Below are positions 41,686 through 52,985 of a stretch of DNA of 64,000 nucleotides, in pieces. The translations under genes were made by a program, and so were the position numbers. The stretch comes from an uncultured cyanobacterium. Lineage in GTDB: Bacteria; Cyanobacteriota; Cyanobacteriia; Cyanobacteriales; CAWUOF01. The notes under the pieces are model-generated. The model did not search any database. It was not told the origin of the DNA and saw only the letters and a list, made by a program, of their open reading frames with translations. Each line of letters starts with the position of its first letter. Within the stretch, counting starts at the first letter, position 1. The stretch spans positions 2,336,001 to 2,400,000 of the forward strand of contig CAVUSO010000001.1 of assembly GCA_963744145.1 (NCBI GenBank). The letters are read 5' to 3'.

Positions 41686-43929
41686 TTAGACATCAACTTG
41701 AGTAATCCGGCGAATATTTAAAATATCACTCATCTTTTTAATTTGGCTAAAAGTGCGCTCTAATTGATCGCGATCGCGGATATCAATACATAAATCAATC
41801 AGAGCGGGGAATCCAGGATAGGTTTTAACTTGAGCGCTACTCACATTAATCGAGTCATCTTTCAACCGGGAAAGAATATCATTCAGAACACCGACCCGAT
41901 CAAGTGCTTCAATCTGAATATTAACTGGATAGGTTTGAGGACGAAAACTCGATTCGGTCTGAGAATTCCAACTAACGGGAACTAGACGATCACCCGGAAT
42001 ACTTTCCACATTATCACAACCTTGTCGATGAATAGAAATCCCACGATTAGAACGAGTAACAATCCCAATAATTGGTTCTCCTGGTAAAGGATTACAACAT
42101 TTAGCTAAGTGATAAAGTAACCCTTCCACACCAGTAATGGGTGATTTTGATTGGGGACTAAGTGCTAAAGACTGAGGTAACTGAGGTAACTGATAAGTTT
42201 TTTCCGGTTCAATCGTCGGTTGTTTCGCTTTAATTGCATCGCGAAGACGATTCACCACTAGATTCAGCGTCACCTCTCCATAACCCAAAGCAGCTAACAA
42301 ATCTTCCACACTATGGTAATTCAACCGTTCAGTCAACACTAACATTGGTTCCGATTTCAACAAAGCTTCAAAACCATTTTTTCCGAGTTCCTTTTCCAAC
42401 AGATCCCGACCGCGCATCACATTTTCTTCTCGATGCGATCGCTTATACCATTGACGAATCCGATTTCTGGCTCCCGTTGTCACGGTAAAATTCAACCAAT
42501 CTAAACTGGGGTGACCATTTTTTTGGGTAAGGATTTCCACAATATCCCCATTTTTCAAGGGTTTATCTAAAGTCACCATCCTTCCATTGACTTTAGCTCC
42601 AGTACAATGATTTCCGACTTCCGTATGAATCCGATAAGCAAAATCTACCGGTGTAGCACCTCGACTTAAGGAAATCACATCTCCTTTGGGAGTAAACACA
42701 TAAACATCATCATCAAATAAATTATCTTTAACGCTTTCGAGATATTCCTGAGCATCTTTCAAATCACTTTGCCATTCTAACAGTTGTCGTAACCAAGTAA
42801 ATTTCTCATCTGCTGCGGTAAGCTGGACATTACTTGAACCGGTTTCTTTATATTTCCAATGAGCAGCAATTCCATACTCAGCAACATGGTGCATTTCCAA
42901 AGTCCGTAACTGCACTTCAATGGGACGTCCCGTATTACCAATCACTACTGTATGGAGGGACTGATAGCGATTCGGTTTCGGTAACCCAATATAATCTTTA
43001 AAGCGACCAGGAATCGGAGTAAACGCATCATGAACTATCGCTAAAGACCGATAACATTCTTCATTAGTTTGTACAATTAACCTAATCGCAGCGATATCAT
43101 AGATTTCGTGAAATTCTTTTTGTTGTCGCTGCATCTTTTCATAAATTCCATAAAGATGCTTCGGACGTCCGTTAATATCAATACAATTAATTCCCGCTTG
43201 ATCTAGACGATAGCGGAGCAAACTAATTACTTTAGTTAACTTATCCTCTCGATCAGCTCGCTTTTGTCCTACGAGTTCTTGCATTTTCCGGTAAGCTTCC
43301 GGTTCTAGATATTTAAAGGATAAATCTTCTAATTCCCACTTAAATCTACCAATTCCCAATCGATTTGCTAAAGGTGCAAAAATTTCTCGGGTTTCCAGAG
43401 CAATCCGCTGACGTTTTTCATCACTTAAATGTTCTAGCGTTCTCATATTATGTAGTCGATCCGCTAGTTTAACCACAATCACCCGAATATCTTGAGCCAT
43501 TGCTAAAAACATCCGACGGAAACTTTCAGCTTGACGCTCAGTTTTGCTAGAAAACTGAAATTTAGATAACTTGGTGACACCTTCGACCAAATGACTTACT
43601 TCCGCACCAAATCTTTGCTCTAATTCTTCCAGGGTGACATCCGTATCTTCCACCACATCATGCAAAAATCCCGCAGCAATCATCGCACTGCTACCACCGA
43701 GATCTCGCAATAACCCAGAAACTGCGATCGGATGACAGATATATGGTTCTCCGGAAGCTCGACGTTGTCCCTCATGTAACTTGTAAGCAAATTCAAAAGC
43801 TCGACAGATTAAACAACTATCGGTTTTCGCGTTAGCTGCGGGATCACTATTTTGTTGTGATTCTAAACAATCCTGAAGCCAGTCAGGAATTAGGCATTCT
43901 TTAGAAAAGGTTGTTACAGTTGCGTTCAT
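41686..43929 (-). CDS. spoT: Bifunctional (p)ppGpp synthetase/hydrolase (RelA/SpoT)
   Basis: HD motif LHDVVED, KLADRLHN, RFKDYI..PKPNRYQSLH, plus TGS and ACT domains. Confidence 0.95.
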   Translation of the reverse strand: MNATVTTFSKECLIPDWLQDCLESQQNSDPAANAKTDSCLICRAFEFAYKLHEGQRRASGEPYICHPIAVSGLLRDLGGSSAMIAAGFLHDVVEDTDVTLEELEQRFGAEVSHLVEGVTKLSKFQFSSKTERQAESFRRMFLAMAQDIRVIVVKLADRLHNMRTLEHLSDEKRQRIALETREIFAPLANRLGIGRFKWELEDLSFKYLEPEAYRKMQELVGQKRADREDKLTKVISLLRYRLDQAGINCIDINGRPKHLYGIYEKMQRQQKEFHEIYDIAAIRLIVQTNEECYRSLAIVHDAFTPIPGRFKDYIGLPKPNRYQSLHTVVIGNTGRPIEVQLRTLEMHHVAEYGIAAHWKYKETGSSNVQLTAADEKFTWLRQLLEWQSDLKDAQEYLESVKDNLFDDDVYVFTPKGDVISLSRGATPVDFAYRIHTEVGNHCTGAKVNGRMVTLDKPLKNGDIVEILTQKNGHPSLDWLNFTVTTGARNRIRQWYKRSHREENVMRGRDLLEKELGKNGFEALLKSEPMLVLTERLNYHSVEDLLAALGYGEVTLNLVVNRLRDAIKAKQPTIEPEKTYQLPQLPQSLALSPQSKSPITGVEGLLYHLAKCCNPLPGEPIIGIVTRSNRGISIHRQGCDNVESIPGDRLVPVSWNSQTESSFRPQTYPVNIQIEALDRVGVLNDILSRLKDDSINVSSAQVKTYPGFPALIDLCIDIRDRDQLERTFSQIKKMSDILNIRRITQVDV

Positions 43930-44343
43930 AGTCTAGCACTTAAGATTTTTACATAGAAGGGTTACTGTTAAATCTCAACCGATCGGGAAGTCAGAGAGAG
44001 ATATCTGGTAATTTTGCCTAAGAATACTTGGGTTTATCCCTGCTGTCAAAGGAAATGACCCAGGGATTGGTGTAAACTATCTTCTCAAAGCCAGAGTAAA
44101 ATTGCCGAAATCCTTAAAATAATTTAAGGGATCGCCGTCATTTATCGTTATTTTTACAACCTAAATGTAGAGCTATCCTGAAAAAATCTTTATTCTTATT
44201 CTAGCTTAATCAGGTGGCAACGGGAAGGATTGTGGGGCAATTACCTCCAAATTAAAATCTGGTCAGATGCGGATGGGCGGGAAAATTCTCCCCAGTTATT
44301 GGCAAATCCTGATTAGAATCATAAAGCGATGATCTGATTAACC

Positions 44344-45993
44344 ATGAGTGAACCTTTACTTTGTGTAGAAAATTTGCGTGTCGGATATCCCCACCCAGGA
44401 CAGTCTACCTGGGCAATTAATGATGTTTCTTTGATACTCAAACCAGGTGAAAGATTAGGATTGGTGGGAGAATCTGGTTGTGGTAAGTCAACTTTGGGAC
44501 GTGCTGTGATGCGGTTACTACCACCATCGACCCGCATCGAAGGAAAAGTCACCTTTGAGGGTGAGTCGGTGTTTGATTTCTCTTCAACCCGGTTACGTCG
44601 TTTTCGTGGTGAAGCGATCGCTTTAATTTTTCAAGATCCAATGACTAGACTTGATCCCCTGATGACGATTGGGGATCATTGTTTGGAAACGCTCTATGCT
44701 CATCAATCCCATTTGTCTAAACGTGAAGCTAAAGAAAAAGCCATTGCTACTTTAGAAGCAGTGAAAATACCCGCAACCCGTTGGTCTCAGTATCCCCATG
44801 AATTTAGTGGTGGAATGCGACAAAGAGTAGCGATCGCTTTAGCTTTGTTACTCGATCCTAAGTTAATTGTGGCTGATGAACCGACAACGAGTTTAGATGT
44901 GACCATCTCGGCTCAGATTTTAAAAGAATTAACTCGGTTATGTCAAGAACGGGATCTGGCTTTGTTGATGATTTCCCATGATTTAGCGATGGTGGGTGAG
45001 TATTGCGATCGCTTGGCTGTAATGTATGGTGGGAAAATTGTCGAAGCTGGACTCACTCAAGAGATTTTTCAGTCTCCTCAACATGAATATACGCGATCGC
45101 TGCTCCAAGCGGCTTTACATATTCAAGTATTTGATCAACCATCTGTTCCGACTGCGGTAACTTTACCAAATCATCAATCACCAATTCTGCAAGTTAGTAA
45201 TTTAGATAAATATTATACGATTGAATCTAATTTTTTTGCCCAATTCTTTTCATCAAAAGTCAAAATGGTTAAAGCTGTTGATGACATTAATTTGACGCTT
45301 TACCAAGGGGAAATTTTGGGATTAGTGGGAGAATCTGGTTGTGGTAAAAGTACCTTATCTCGGACAATTTTGCAGCTCATCCCAGCAACTAGAGGTAAAA
45401 TTGAGTTGTTTGGACAAGATTTAACCAAATTATCACCTCGTTTAATTCGTCAACAACGAAGACAAATGCAAATGGTATTTCAAGATCCCCATGCTTGTCT
45501 TAATCCGATGATGACGGTGGGAGAAGGTATTGCTGATGCTTTATTTATTCATCACTTAGCAACTCCTATTCAAGCAAAAGAGCTAGTCAATAAAATGTTA
45601 GCTAGGGTGGGATTAACACCTCCGGAAGATTATTATTACCGTTATCCCGGTGATTTGTCGGGAGGACAACAGCAAAGAGTAGCGATCGCTCGAGCTTTGA
45701 TTACCCAACCCAAGCTATTAATCTGTGATGAACCAGTAAGTATGTTAGATGCGAGTGTCCAAAGTCAGGTGCTGGATTTAATGTTAGAATTAAAAGCCGA
45801 ATTTGATTTAACTTATTTATTTATTACTCACGATCTGTGGTTAGCTAGATTTTTATGCGATCGGATTGCGGTGATGAATGCTGGTAGAATTGTTGAAATT
45901 GGCACCACTCAAGAGATTTTTACTAATCCTCAACACCCTTACACTCAAACCCTGATCCAAGCTGCACCACTTTTAGCTCGGAGTTACTCATAG
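44344..45993 (+). CDS. Oligopeptide/dipeptide-type ABC ATP-binding protein (two NBDs)
   Basis: Two GESGCGKS Walker A motifs with FSGGMRQR and LSGGQQQR signatures. Confidence 0.93.
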   Translation: MSEPLLCVENLRVGYPHPGQSTWAINDVSLILKPGERLGLVGESGCGKSTLGRAVMRLLPPSTRIEGKVTFEGESVFDFSSTRLRRFRGEAIALIFQDPMTRLDPLMTIGDHCLETLYAHQSHLSKREAKEKAIATLEAVKIPATRWSQYPHEFSGGMRQRVAIALALLLDPKLIVADEPTTSLDVTISAQILKELTRLCQERDLALLMISHDLAMVGEYCDRLAVMYGGKIVEAGLTQEIFQSPQHEYTRSLLQAALHIQVFDQPSVPTAVTLPNHQSPILQVSNLDKYYTIESNFFAQFFSSKVKMVKAVDDINLTLYQGEILGLVGESGCGKSTLSRTILQLIPATRGKIELFGQDLTKLSPRLIRQQRRQMQMVFQDPHACLNPMMTVGEGIADALFIHHLATPIQAKELVNKMLARVGLTPPEDYYYRYPGDLSGGQQQRVAIARALITQPKLLICDEPVSMLDASVQSQVLDLMLELKAEFDLTYLFITHDLWLARFLCDRIAVMNAGRIVEIGTTQEIFTNPQHPYTQTLIQAAPLLARSYS

Positions 45994-46133
45994 ATTAGAG
46001 ATCAGGATCAGGTTAATAATTGATTAGATAAAATCTGCAAATTTTCAGAAATAAATTTTTATTGTGCTGTGAAATAATTAGGGTAAGAGCTAAGATTAAA
46101 TCAGCCCGATCGCTAGAATTAATCTTAACCCTT

Positions 46134-48575
46134 ATGAAACCCCTAGTTGATTTATTTTGGCTTGGTAGTAGTTTATTGATCTACAATCTATTCGGGATCA
46201 ATTCTACTCTAGCCCAAATTGTCCCAGATGGGACTTTACCAGTTAACTCTCTGGTCAATTCTAATTACAATAATATTTTGATTAATGGTGGTACTAGAGT
46301 AGGTGGGAACTTATTTCATAGTTTTAAAGATTTTTCTATTCCCACAGGTAACACTACATTTTTTAATAATGCGATCGATATTCAAAATATTATCACTCGG
46401 ATTACCGGTTCATCAATTTCTAATATTGATGGTACAATTAAAGCTAATGGTACTGCTAACTTATTTTTCCTCAATCCAAATGGGATTATTTTTGGCTCTC
46501 AGACTAAATTAAACATTGGTGGTTCCTTTTTAGCTAGTACCGCAAGTAGTCTAATTTTTGCAGATCAAAGTCAATTTAACATTACCAATCCTCAATCATC
46601 ATTACTCACTATTAATCTACCAGTAGGTTTACAGTTTGGTCAAAATCCAGGAGCAATCAATCTAGTGGGATTGGGGCATAATTTAACTTATGCTGATTCT
46701 ATACTTCCTATATATACAAAATTTATCCGAGGTAATAATTCGACGAGTTTACAAGTATTACCTGGAAAATCTTTAGCTTTAATTGGAGGTGAAATTAATC
46801 TCCAAGGAGCTGTATTAATAGCACCAGGAGGACAGATTGATTTAGGTAGTGTGAACGGGGGAAAAGTTGGATTTAATCAGACGAGTAATGGGTGGATATT
46901 TGACTATCAATCTGTCCCTAGTTTTGCTGATATCAATCTATCTCAAAAATCCTTAGTCGATGCTAGTAGCGATTGGGGAGGTGGATTTATTTCTGTCCAA
47001 GGAAGAAACGTAATTTTGACTGGTAATTCAGTCATGTTAATTCAAAATGAAGGAATTAACCCAGTCGGAGATATTAGCATAAATGCTTCAGAATCTGTGC
47101 AATTAAGTGGTAGCTTTAATACCAACGTTTTAACAGGTTTGGAAAATCAGACGATCGGAGTAGGACAAGGAGGAGATATCAAGATAGTCACTAAAAAATT
47201 AGTAACGCAAGGAGCATCAGAAATAAATGAAACCAGTTTTGGTGCTGGTCAAACAGGTAATATTATCCTCCATGCTGATGACTCGATTGATGTCGGTCAA
47301 TTTAGTGGTATTCAAGTGATAAATTTTGCTTCAGGTAATGCTGGTAATGTTAACTTATGGACTAAAACATTAAATATCACTGGTGGTGCAGGGATTGACA
47401 ATCTAAGTTTAGGGAGCGGGTATGGTGGACAGATAAATGTTAATGTCAGTGATTCGGTCTTAGTAAGTGGATTCGACCCAAGTAGTCTGTTAGCTAGTTT
47501 TTTGGGAGCAACAACTGTTAGCACGGGAAATGCTAATAGTTTAACGATTAATACCTCAAAATTAATGGTAGAAAATGGAGGGAAAGTAGAGTCTTCTACT
47601 CTAGCAAGTGGTAATGCAGGACATCTCACAATTAATGCTTCGGAATCGGTGGAAGTGAGCGGGGAAATTCCCTTTAATCTTGAACCTAGTTTACTCACAT
47701 CAAGTGCTAGGGTTGTTAATAAAAATCAACAACAATTATTTATGTTACCAGCGATCCCAACGGGAATGTCTGGAGATGTCACAATTAATACTCCAAAATT
47801 AAGTGTGACTGATGGAGGTTTAGTAAATGTAAAAAACCAAGGATCAGGAAATGGGGGAACACTAGATATCAATGGAGATACAATTTTGCTGAACAATTCT
47901 GGAGGGATTTCTGCTACTACTATCAACGGTGAAGGTGGTAATATTTTCCTAGCAGAACATGATATTATCCTGAATCAAGGAAGTACAATTACTGCTACTG
48001 CTGGTGGTAGTGGTAATGGTGGTAATTTGCATCTTAATACCCAAACATTGACCGTTTTAGATCAGAGTAGTATTACAGCTAATGCGATTAAAGGTCGAGG
48101 TGGTAATATTACCATTGATACTCAAGGATTGTTTCTGGATCGCGATAGTCAAATTACCGCTGTTTCTCAACTGGGAATCAATGGGATAGTCCTGATCAAA
48201 ACTCCAGATATTGATCCTAGTAAAGGTTTGATTAAATTGTCTCAGTCCGTAGAGGATGCTTCTAATCTAATTAATAATGCTTGTGAAAAAAGTCGCGGAA
48301 GTAATTTTTATCTAACTGGTCGGGGGGGACTACCTCCGAGTCCTAGTCAATCATACATTACTAGTAGAGCAGTAGCAGATTTAGGAATTACTCATCCCCA
48401 GATCAGGAATATCAGTAAATCTCCTCTTAGTTCTGGTCAATCATCAATATCTGAGCCAATAGTTGAAGCTACTGGTTGGGCGATCGATCATAATGGTAAA
48501 GTAATCCTGATTGCTAGTACCTCGACTGTTTCGCTACATAGTTTATGGTTGAAATCTCCTCCTTGTCCCGGCTAA
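46134..48575 (+). CDS. Filamentous haemagglutinin-family (TPS-domain) exoprotein
   Basis: AQIVPDGTL, NLFHSF, NPNGIIFG, Gly/Asn-rich repeats and TGRGGLP..EATGW. Confidence 0.9.
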   Translation: MKPLVDLFWLGSSLLIYNLFGINSTLAQIVPDGTLPVNSLVNSNYNNILINGGTRVGGNLFHSFKDFSIPTGNTTFFNNAIDIQNIITRITGSSISNIDGTIKANGTANLFFLNPNGIIFGSQTKLNIGGSFLASTASSLIFADQSQFNITNPQSSLLTINLPVGLQFGQNPGAINLVGLGHNLTYADSILPIYTKFIRGNNSTSLQVLPGKSLALIGGEINLQGAVLIAPGGQIDLGSVNGGKVGFNQTSNGWIFDYQSVPSFADINLSQKSLVDASSDWGGGFISVQGRNVILTGNSVMLIQNEGINPVGDISINASESVQLSGSFNTNVLTGLENQTIGVGQGGDIKIVTKKLVTQGASEINETSFGAGQTGNIILHADDSIDVGQFSGIQVINFASGNAGNVNLWTKTLNITGGAGIDNLSLGSGYGGQINVNVSDSVLVSGFDPSSLLASFLGATTVSTGNANSLTINTSKLMVENGGKVESSTLASGNAGHLTINASESVEVSGEIPFNLEPSLLTSSARVVNKNQQQLFMLPAIPTGMSGDVTINTPKLSVTDGGLVNVKNQGSGNGGTLDINGDTILLNNSGGISATTINGEGGNIFLAEHDIILNQGSTITATAGGSGNGGNLHLNTQTLTVLDQSSITANAIKGRGGNITIDTQGLFLDRDSQITAVSQLGINGIVLIKTPDIDPSKGLIKLSQSVEDASNLINNACEKSRGSNFYLTGRGGLPPSPSQSYITSRAVADLGITHPQIRNISKSPLSSGQSSISEPIVEATGWAIDHNGKVILIASTSTVSLHSLWLKSPPCPG

Positions 48576-48592
48576 ATTTGCTCCTCTGATTT

Positions 48593-50602
48593 CTACACAT
48601 CTAAATGAGCAATACCTGCTTCAGAACGTTGCACAGTACCAATGAAAGCATCTTCTAAAGAGAAAGGGACAGGACGATCGCTAAATAATTTGATTTGATT
48701 AGCTTCGAGGTGCGATCGAATTTCCAGAAGTTCGGTACTCGGATGATCGAGAACAACGTGCAAGCGATCGCCAAAAATAGAAACGCGCCAAGGTTCTAAA
48801 TAGTTTTTTAGTAAATTTGCTGCTTGCTGATTCCGATCAACCCGCAATTCAATTAATTGTCCGGGTTGAGCTGCTTTGATTTCACTCGGTGAACCCTCTA
48901 ATACTACTTCTCCTGCTACCATAAATCCCATCCGATTACATTGTTCTGCTTCTTCTAAATAGTGGGTGGTAACTAGAATTGCTGTTCCTTGACGAGCAAA
49001 ATCATTAATAATTCGCCAAAACTGTCTTCTCGCTAAAGGATCAACCCCTGATGTCGGTTCATCTAAAAACAGAATTTCTGGTTCGTGCATTACTGAAGCT
49101 CCAAAAGCTACTCGTTGTTTCCAACCTCCTGGTAATTTTCCAGTTAACATATTTTCTCTTCCCACTAAACCACAAGTTTCTAGTACCCAAGAGATTTTTT
49201 GCTGTTGTAATTGTCTAGGAACTTGATAAACTCCACAATAAAATTCTAAATTTTGCTGAATAGTTAGATCATCATAAAGAGTAAATTTTTGACTCATATA
49301 ACCGATCCGTTTGCGGAGAGCACCACTCCGCAGGTTATCACTTTCTCCCGCTAAAGTCATTTGACCGCTAGTAGCTGGTAGTAAACCACATAGCATTTTA
49401 ATGGTAGTAGTTTTTCCGGCACCATTAGCTCCCAGTAAACCATAAATTTCTCCATAATTAATTTTTAAATTAACTCCTTTGACCGCACGAAATTTACCGA
49501 AGGTTTTTTGTAAGTTGATCGCGCCGATCGCTACCTTAGCAGTGGTAGGATTAAAGGTTAAATTTGCAGATTTAGCCCGAGGAAAGGGAATAAATAATGG
49601 ATCAGAACCTTGTTGACGGAGACGAGTCACAAAGACATTTTCTAAGGTAGCATCACTAATTTGAATGCTCTGAATGGGAATATTGCTCTCATAAAAAGCT
49701 TGTCGCACCGCTTTTTCATCTTTTTCACCATGAGCAACTAATACATCTAAGCGATCGCCAAAGGTTTGAATATCTGCAATACTTGAACGATGATGAGCAA
49801 TTTCCTCAAGAACTTTTTCTGCACCAGCAAGATTGGGTGTCCGGACTTCTAATCTTTCTAATCCAAGATGAAGACGCAATTCTGGGAGAGTTGCAATTTC
49901 ATTAATTTGTCCTTCATACATTAAAGCAATTCGGTTACAGCGTTCTGCTTCATCTAAATAAGGAGTTGCTACAACTATCGTCATTCCTTCGGAAGCAAGT
50001 GCTGCTAATATATCCCAAAATTCTCTTCGTGATACTGGATCTACTCCAGTGGTTGGTTCATCTAATAATAAAATATCTGGTTGTGATACTAAAGCACAAC
50101 AAAGAGCTAATTTTTGTTTCATTCCTCCCGATAATTGTCCAGCTAAACGATTACCGATTCGTTCGATCCCCATTAATCTGAGATATTTATCCTTGCGTTG
50201 CTCGAATTGTTCGGGAGGTACTTGTCGCAATCCCCCACTATAACTTAAATTTTCATCAATACTTAAGTCTAAATATAGAGAGAATTGCTGGGTAAGATAG
50301 CCAATATTTAATCTTGCTAATCGGGGTAATTTTCCCAAAATTTGCACATCTCCCCCTGAAGATTCCATCACTCCACCTAAAATATGAAATGTGCTGGTTT
50401 TTCCCGCTCCATCTGGACCAATTAAACCAAATATTTCACCCTTATAAACTTCAAAATTAATCCCTTTCACCGCAGTGAAATTGCCATAGCGTTTAATGAG
50501 ATTTTGCACAGAGATAACTGGATTATTAGAGGTGATCTCGCGATCGGCTTCATCCAGTTTATTAGCAGTAATATTGGCAATTGGTTCAACTTCGTATGTC
50601 AT
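48593..50602 (-). CDS. Dual-NBD ABC ATP-binding protein (YbhF-like)
   Basis: GPDGAGKT and GANGAGKT; DEPTTGVDP and DEPTSGVDP. Confidence 0.92.
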   Translation of the reverse strand: MTYEVEPIANITANKLDEADREITSNNPVISVQNLIKRYGNFTAVKGINFEVYKGEIFGLIGPDGAGKTSTFHILGGVMESSGGDVQILGKLPRLARLNIGYLTQQFSLYLDLSIDENLSYSGGLRQVPPEQFEQRKDKYLRLMGIERIGNRLAGQLSGGMKQKLALCCALVSQPDILLLDEPTTGVDPVSRREFWDILAALASEGMTIVVATPYLDEAERCNRIALMYEGQINEIATLPELRLHLGLERLEVRTPNLAGAEKVLEEIAHHRSSIADIQTFGDRLDVLVAHGEKDEKAVRQAFYESNIPIQSIQISDATLENVFVTRLRQQGSDPLFIPFPRAKSANLTFNPTTAKVAIGAINLQKTFGKFRAVKGVNLKINYGEIYGLLGANGAGKTTTIKMLCGLLPATSGQMTLAGESDNLRSGALRKRIGYMSQKFTLYDDLTIQQNLEFYCGVYQVPRQLQQQKISWVLETCGLVGRENMLTGKLPGGWKQRVAFGASVMHEPEILFLDEPTSGVDPLARRQFWRIINDFARQGTAILVTTHYLEEAEQCNRMGFMVAGEVVLEGSPSEIKAAQPGQLIELRVDRNQQAANLLKNYLEPWRVSIFGDRLHVVLDHPSTELLEIRSHLEANQIKLFSDRPVPFSLEDAFIGTVQRSEAGIAHLDV

Positions 50603-50642
50603 TACAACTAAGGATTATTAATCCCAAATACGGTTTACATTA

Positions 50643-50861
50643 TTACTGAAAATCTTCTAGTGGTTCATCAAAATCATCACTAATTGAAATAATATTTCGA
50701 TCACTGCCAAATAAAGGTGGACGCTTACGTGAGTTTTGCACTGAAACCAATTTTACCATTGGTCGATCATTTCTAGTAATAATTATCTCTTCTCCTTTTG
50801 CAGCAATCTCAAGTAGTTGAGTTATTTGAAGTAAGGCTTGATTGATATCTATACTTTGCAT
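50643..50861 (-). CDS. Phd/YefM-family antitoxin (no adjacent toxin)
   Basis: GEEIIITRNDRPMVKL..ISDDFDEPLEDF. Confidence 0.8.
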   Translation of the reverse strand: MQSIDINQALLQITQLLEIAAKGEEIIITRNDRPMVKLVSVQNSRKRPPLFGSDRNIISISDDFDEPLEDFQ

Positions 50862-50924
50862 AGTTTATTTTCCTTGAATATCTGTTTAAGGTACAAAATC
50901 ATTAGTATTGCGTTCGGGAAAATT

Positions 50925-52241
50925 TCAGTTAGTTAAATCAATTTCTGCATCAACGGGCATCCCAGGTTTAGCAAATCCTTCTGGCTGATCGATCGCTAAT
51001 TTAATTCCAAATACCTGCTTCACTCGATCTTGCTTAAAGTAAATATTTTCTGGGGTAAAAGATGCTTTGGTATCAATTTGGGAGATATGAGCGTGATAAG
51101 GATGTTTGGAACTTGAATCTAAAAATACTCTTCCTGTTTGTCCGACTCTTATCTTACCCAGATCACCTTCAGGAATATAAGCTCTCATATAGACAGCATT
51201 AGGATCGAGAACTGTTAGCAAAGTTTTCCCAGTTGCTACTACTGCACCTGGTTCTAAAGGACGACTTTGAACTATTCCATCAATCGGACTTTTGACATCA
51301 AATGATTCTAATCGACGCTGAATTTGATCACGAGCAGCTTGAGCGTTTTTTACTTTTGATTGTGATGCTAATAACCTTGACTCTGCTTGGGTTTTCTGTT
51401 GATAATAAGCGTCAAGTTGAGCGTTCCGTATTTCTGGATTTAATCCGGTTGATTGCACTTGAATAGCATTTCCTTTAGCTGCTGTCAAACGCTCTTGAGC
51501 TGCTTTGACTGATGCTTGAGTTGCGATCACCTTTGCTACTGCACTCGCTAAACTGGTATTAGTAGTATCTAAGGTAGTTTGCTTTTCGTCAAATTGTTGT
51601 TGGGTTACAGCACCTTCACTCACTAACGAAGCATAGCGATCGCGTTCAAGTTGAGCTAATCTTAACTGAGACTTGTACTGCTCTACTTCTGCTTCTGCTT
51701 GTTTTACTTGTGCTTCTATCTGAGCCAAATCTGCTTCAGCCGCAGCAACATTTGATTGAGCTTGACTAACTCTACCAACTGTATCCTCTTGAGCTTGTTT
51801 TACATTCAAATTTGCTTCTTTGATCCGACTATCTGCAACTGCAATATCTTGTTTTGCTTGTAATTCTTCTTGACGTGCTGATTCTATTTGAGCATTTAAA
51901 CCACTCAGTTGGGCTGGAATTTCTTCATCTTCCATTTGCACTACTAATTGCCCTTTTTTCGTCTGATCCCCTTCCCGAACTAGAATCGCTGTGATTCTTC
52001 CTGCTGTTTTTGCCCCAATATCTACTTCGTCAACTTCTAATCTCCCACTGACACGCAAGATCGTCTCTGGTGGTTTTGGTAAGATTGTCCAAATTCCATA
52101 GCTGATCCCTCCGATCGCTAATCCGACTGGTATTAATAGTCTTGGGTTAAATTTTTTGGGCTTTTTTGACGGTGGCTCGGTGCTGGGTAGGTTGGACAGG
52201 GGTTGATTGTCCTTAATTTGATGAGATGCAGTTTGGGTCAT
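50925..52241 (-). CDS. HlyD-family membrane fusion protein (YbhG-like)
   Basis: N-terminal TM, SGRLE, long coiled coil, SPIDG, ASFTPENIY and KPGMP. Confidence 0.92.
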   Translation of the reverse strand: MTQTASHQIKDNQPLSNLPSTEPPSKKPKKFNPRLLIPVGLAIGGISYGIWTILPKPPETILRVSGRLEVDEVDIGAKTAGRITAILVREGDQTKKGQLVVQMEDEEIPAQLSGLNAQIESARQEELQAKQDIAVADSRIKEANLNVKQAQEDTVGRVSQAQSNVAAAEADLAQIEAQVKQAEAEVEQYKSQLRLAQLERDRYASLVSEGAVTQQQFDEKQTTLDTTNTSLASAVAKVIATQASVKAAQERLTAAKGNAIQVQSTGLNPEIRNAQLDAYYQQKTQAESRLLASQSKVKNAQAARDQIQRRLESFDVKSPIDGIVQSRPLEPGAVVATGKTLLTVLDPNAVYMRAYIPEGDLGKIRVGQTGRVFLDSSSKHPYHAHISQIDTKASFTPENIYFKQDRVKQVFGIKLAIDQPEGFAKPGMPVDAEIDLTN

Positions 52242-52277
52242 ATCTGCGATCCGTTAAATGGCTAGTATTTACATATC

Positions 52278-52296
52278 ATACTAGACGGTCTAGTAT
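52278..52296. promoter_or_regulatory. Candidate TetR operator
   Basis: Perfect palindrome ATACTAGAC-G-GTCTAGTAT between the divergent hlyD-like and tetR genes. Confidence 0.7.
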
Positions 52297-52328
52297 AAGT
52301 AAACTACTCACGTAATTAAAATTAATCT

Positions 52329-52934
52329 ATGACTGTTGCTGTCACCAACTCACGTCAAGCCAATGTCAAACAGAAAAAAATCTTACAGGGCGCCATGCAG
52401 GTATTTTTTCACGATGGTTACTTAGGTGCGAGCATGGATAAAATAGCCAGGGAATCAGGGGTTTCTAAACAAACTATTTATAGTTATTTTCATGACAAAG
52501 AAAGCTTATTTAAAGCGATAATTGAGCAAATCACAACAGTACGATTTCAGACCTTATTTGAGTCAGATAAATTACATGGAGAACCAGAACAATTACTGCG
52601 AAAATTAGCTGAAACTTATTTACTCAAAGTTGGTGATGATCAGAATTATCTGAATTTACTCAAGGTAATTATTGCCGAATCCTCACGTTTTCCGGAAATC
52701 ACAAAACTCTACTACCGAATTGTCATCCAGCGTGGTCGTCAACTTTTAAGTGAATATTTTGATGCTCATCCCGAATTAGGAATTAAAGATCCTGAAGTTG
52801 TTGCTCATATTTTTTTTGGTTCTTTAGTATCCTTTGTGGTGGTGCAAGAAATTATTCACGGTAAAGAAATAGCCGCTCTTTCTGCTGCTAATTTAATTGA
52901 TGGTCTGATTGATCTGATCCTCCATAAAAGTTAA
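52329..52934 (+). CDS. TetR/AcrR-family regulator
   Basis: ASMDKIARESGVSKQTIYSYFHDKESLF. Confidence 0.95.
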   Translation: MTVAVTNSRQANVKQKKILQGAMQVFFHDGYLGASMDKIARESGVSKQTIYSYFHDKESLFKAIIEQITTVRFQTLFESDKLHGEPEQLLRKLAETYLLKVGDDQNYLNLLKVIIAESSRFPEITKLYYRIVIQRGRQLLSEYFDAHPELGIKDPEVVAHIFFGSLVSFVVVQEIIHGKEIAALSAANLIDGLIDLILHKS

Positions 52935-52985
52935 TTTAATCCTCTTGGTTTTGGGGCGATCGCTAGTATTGATAAATCCAGTTTC

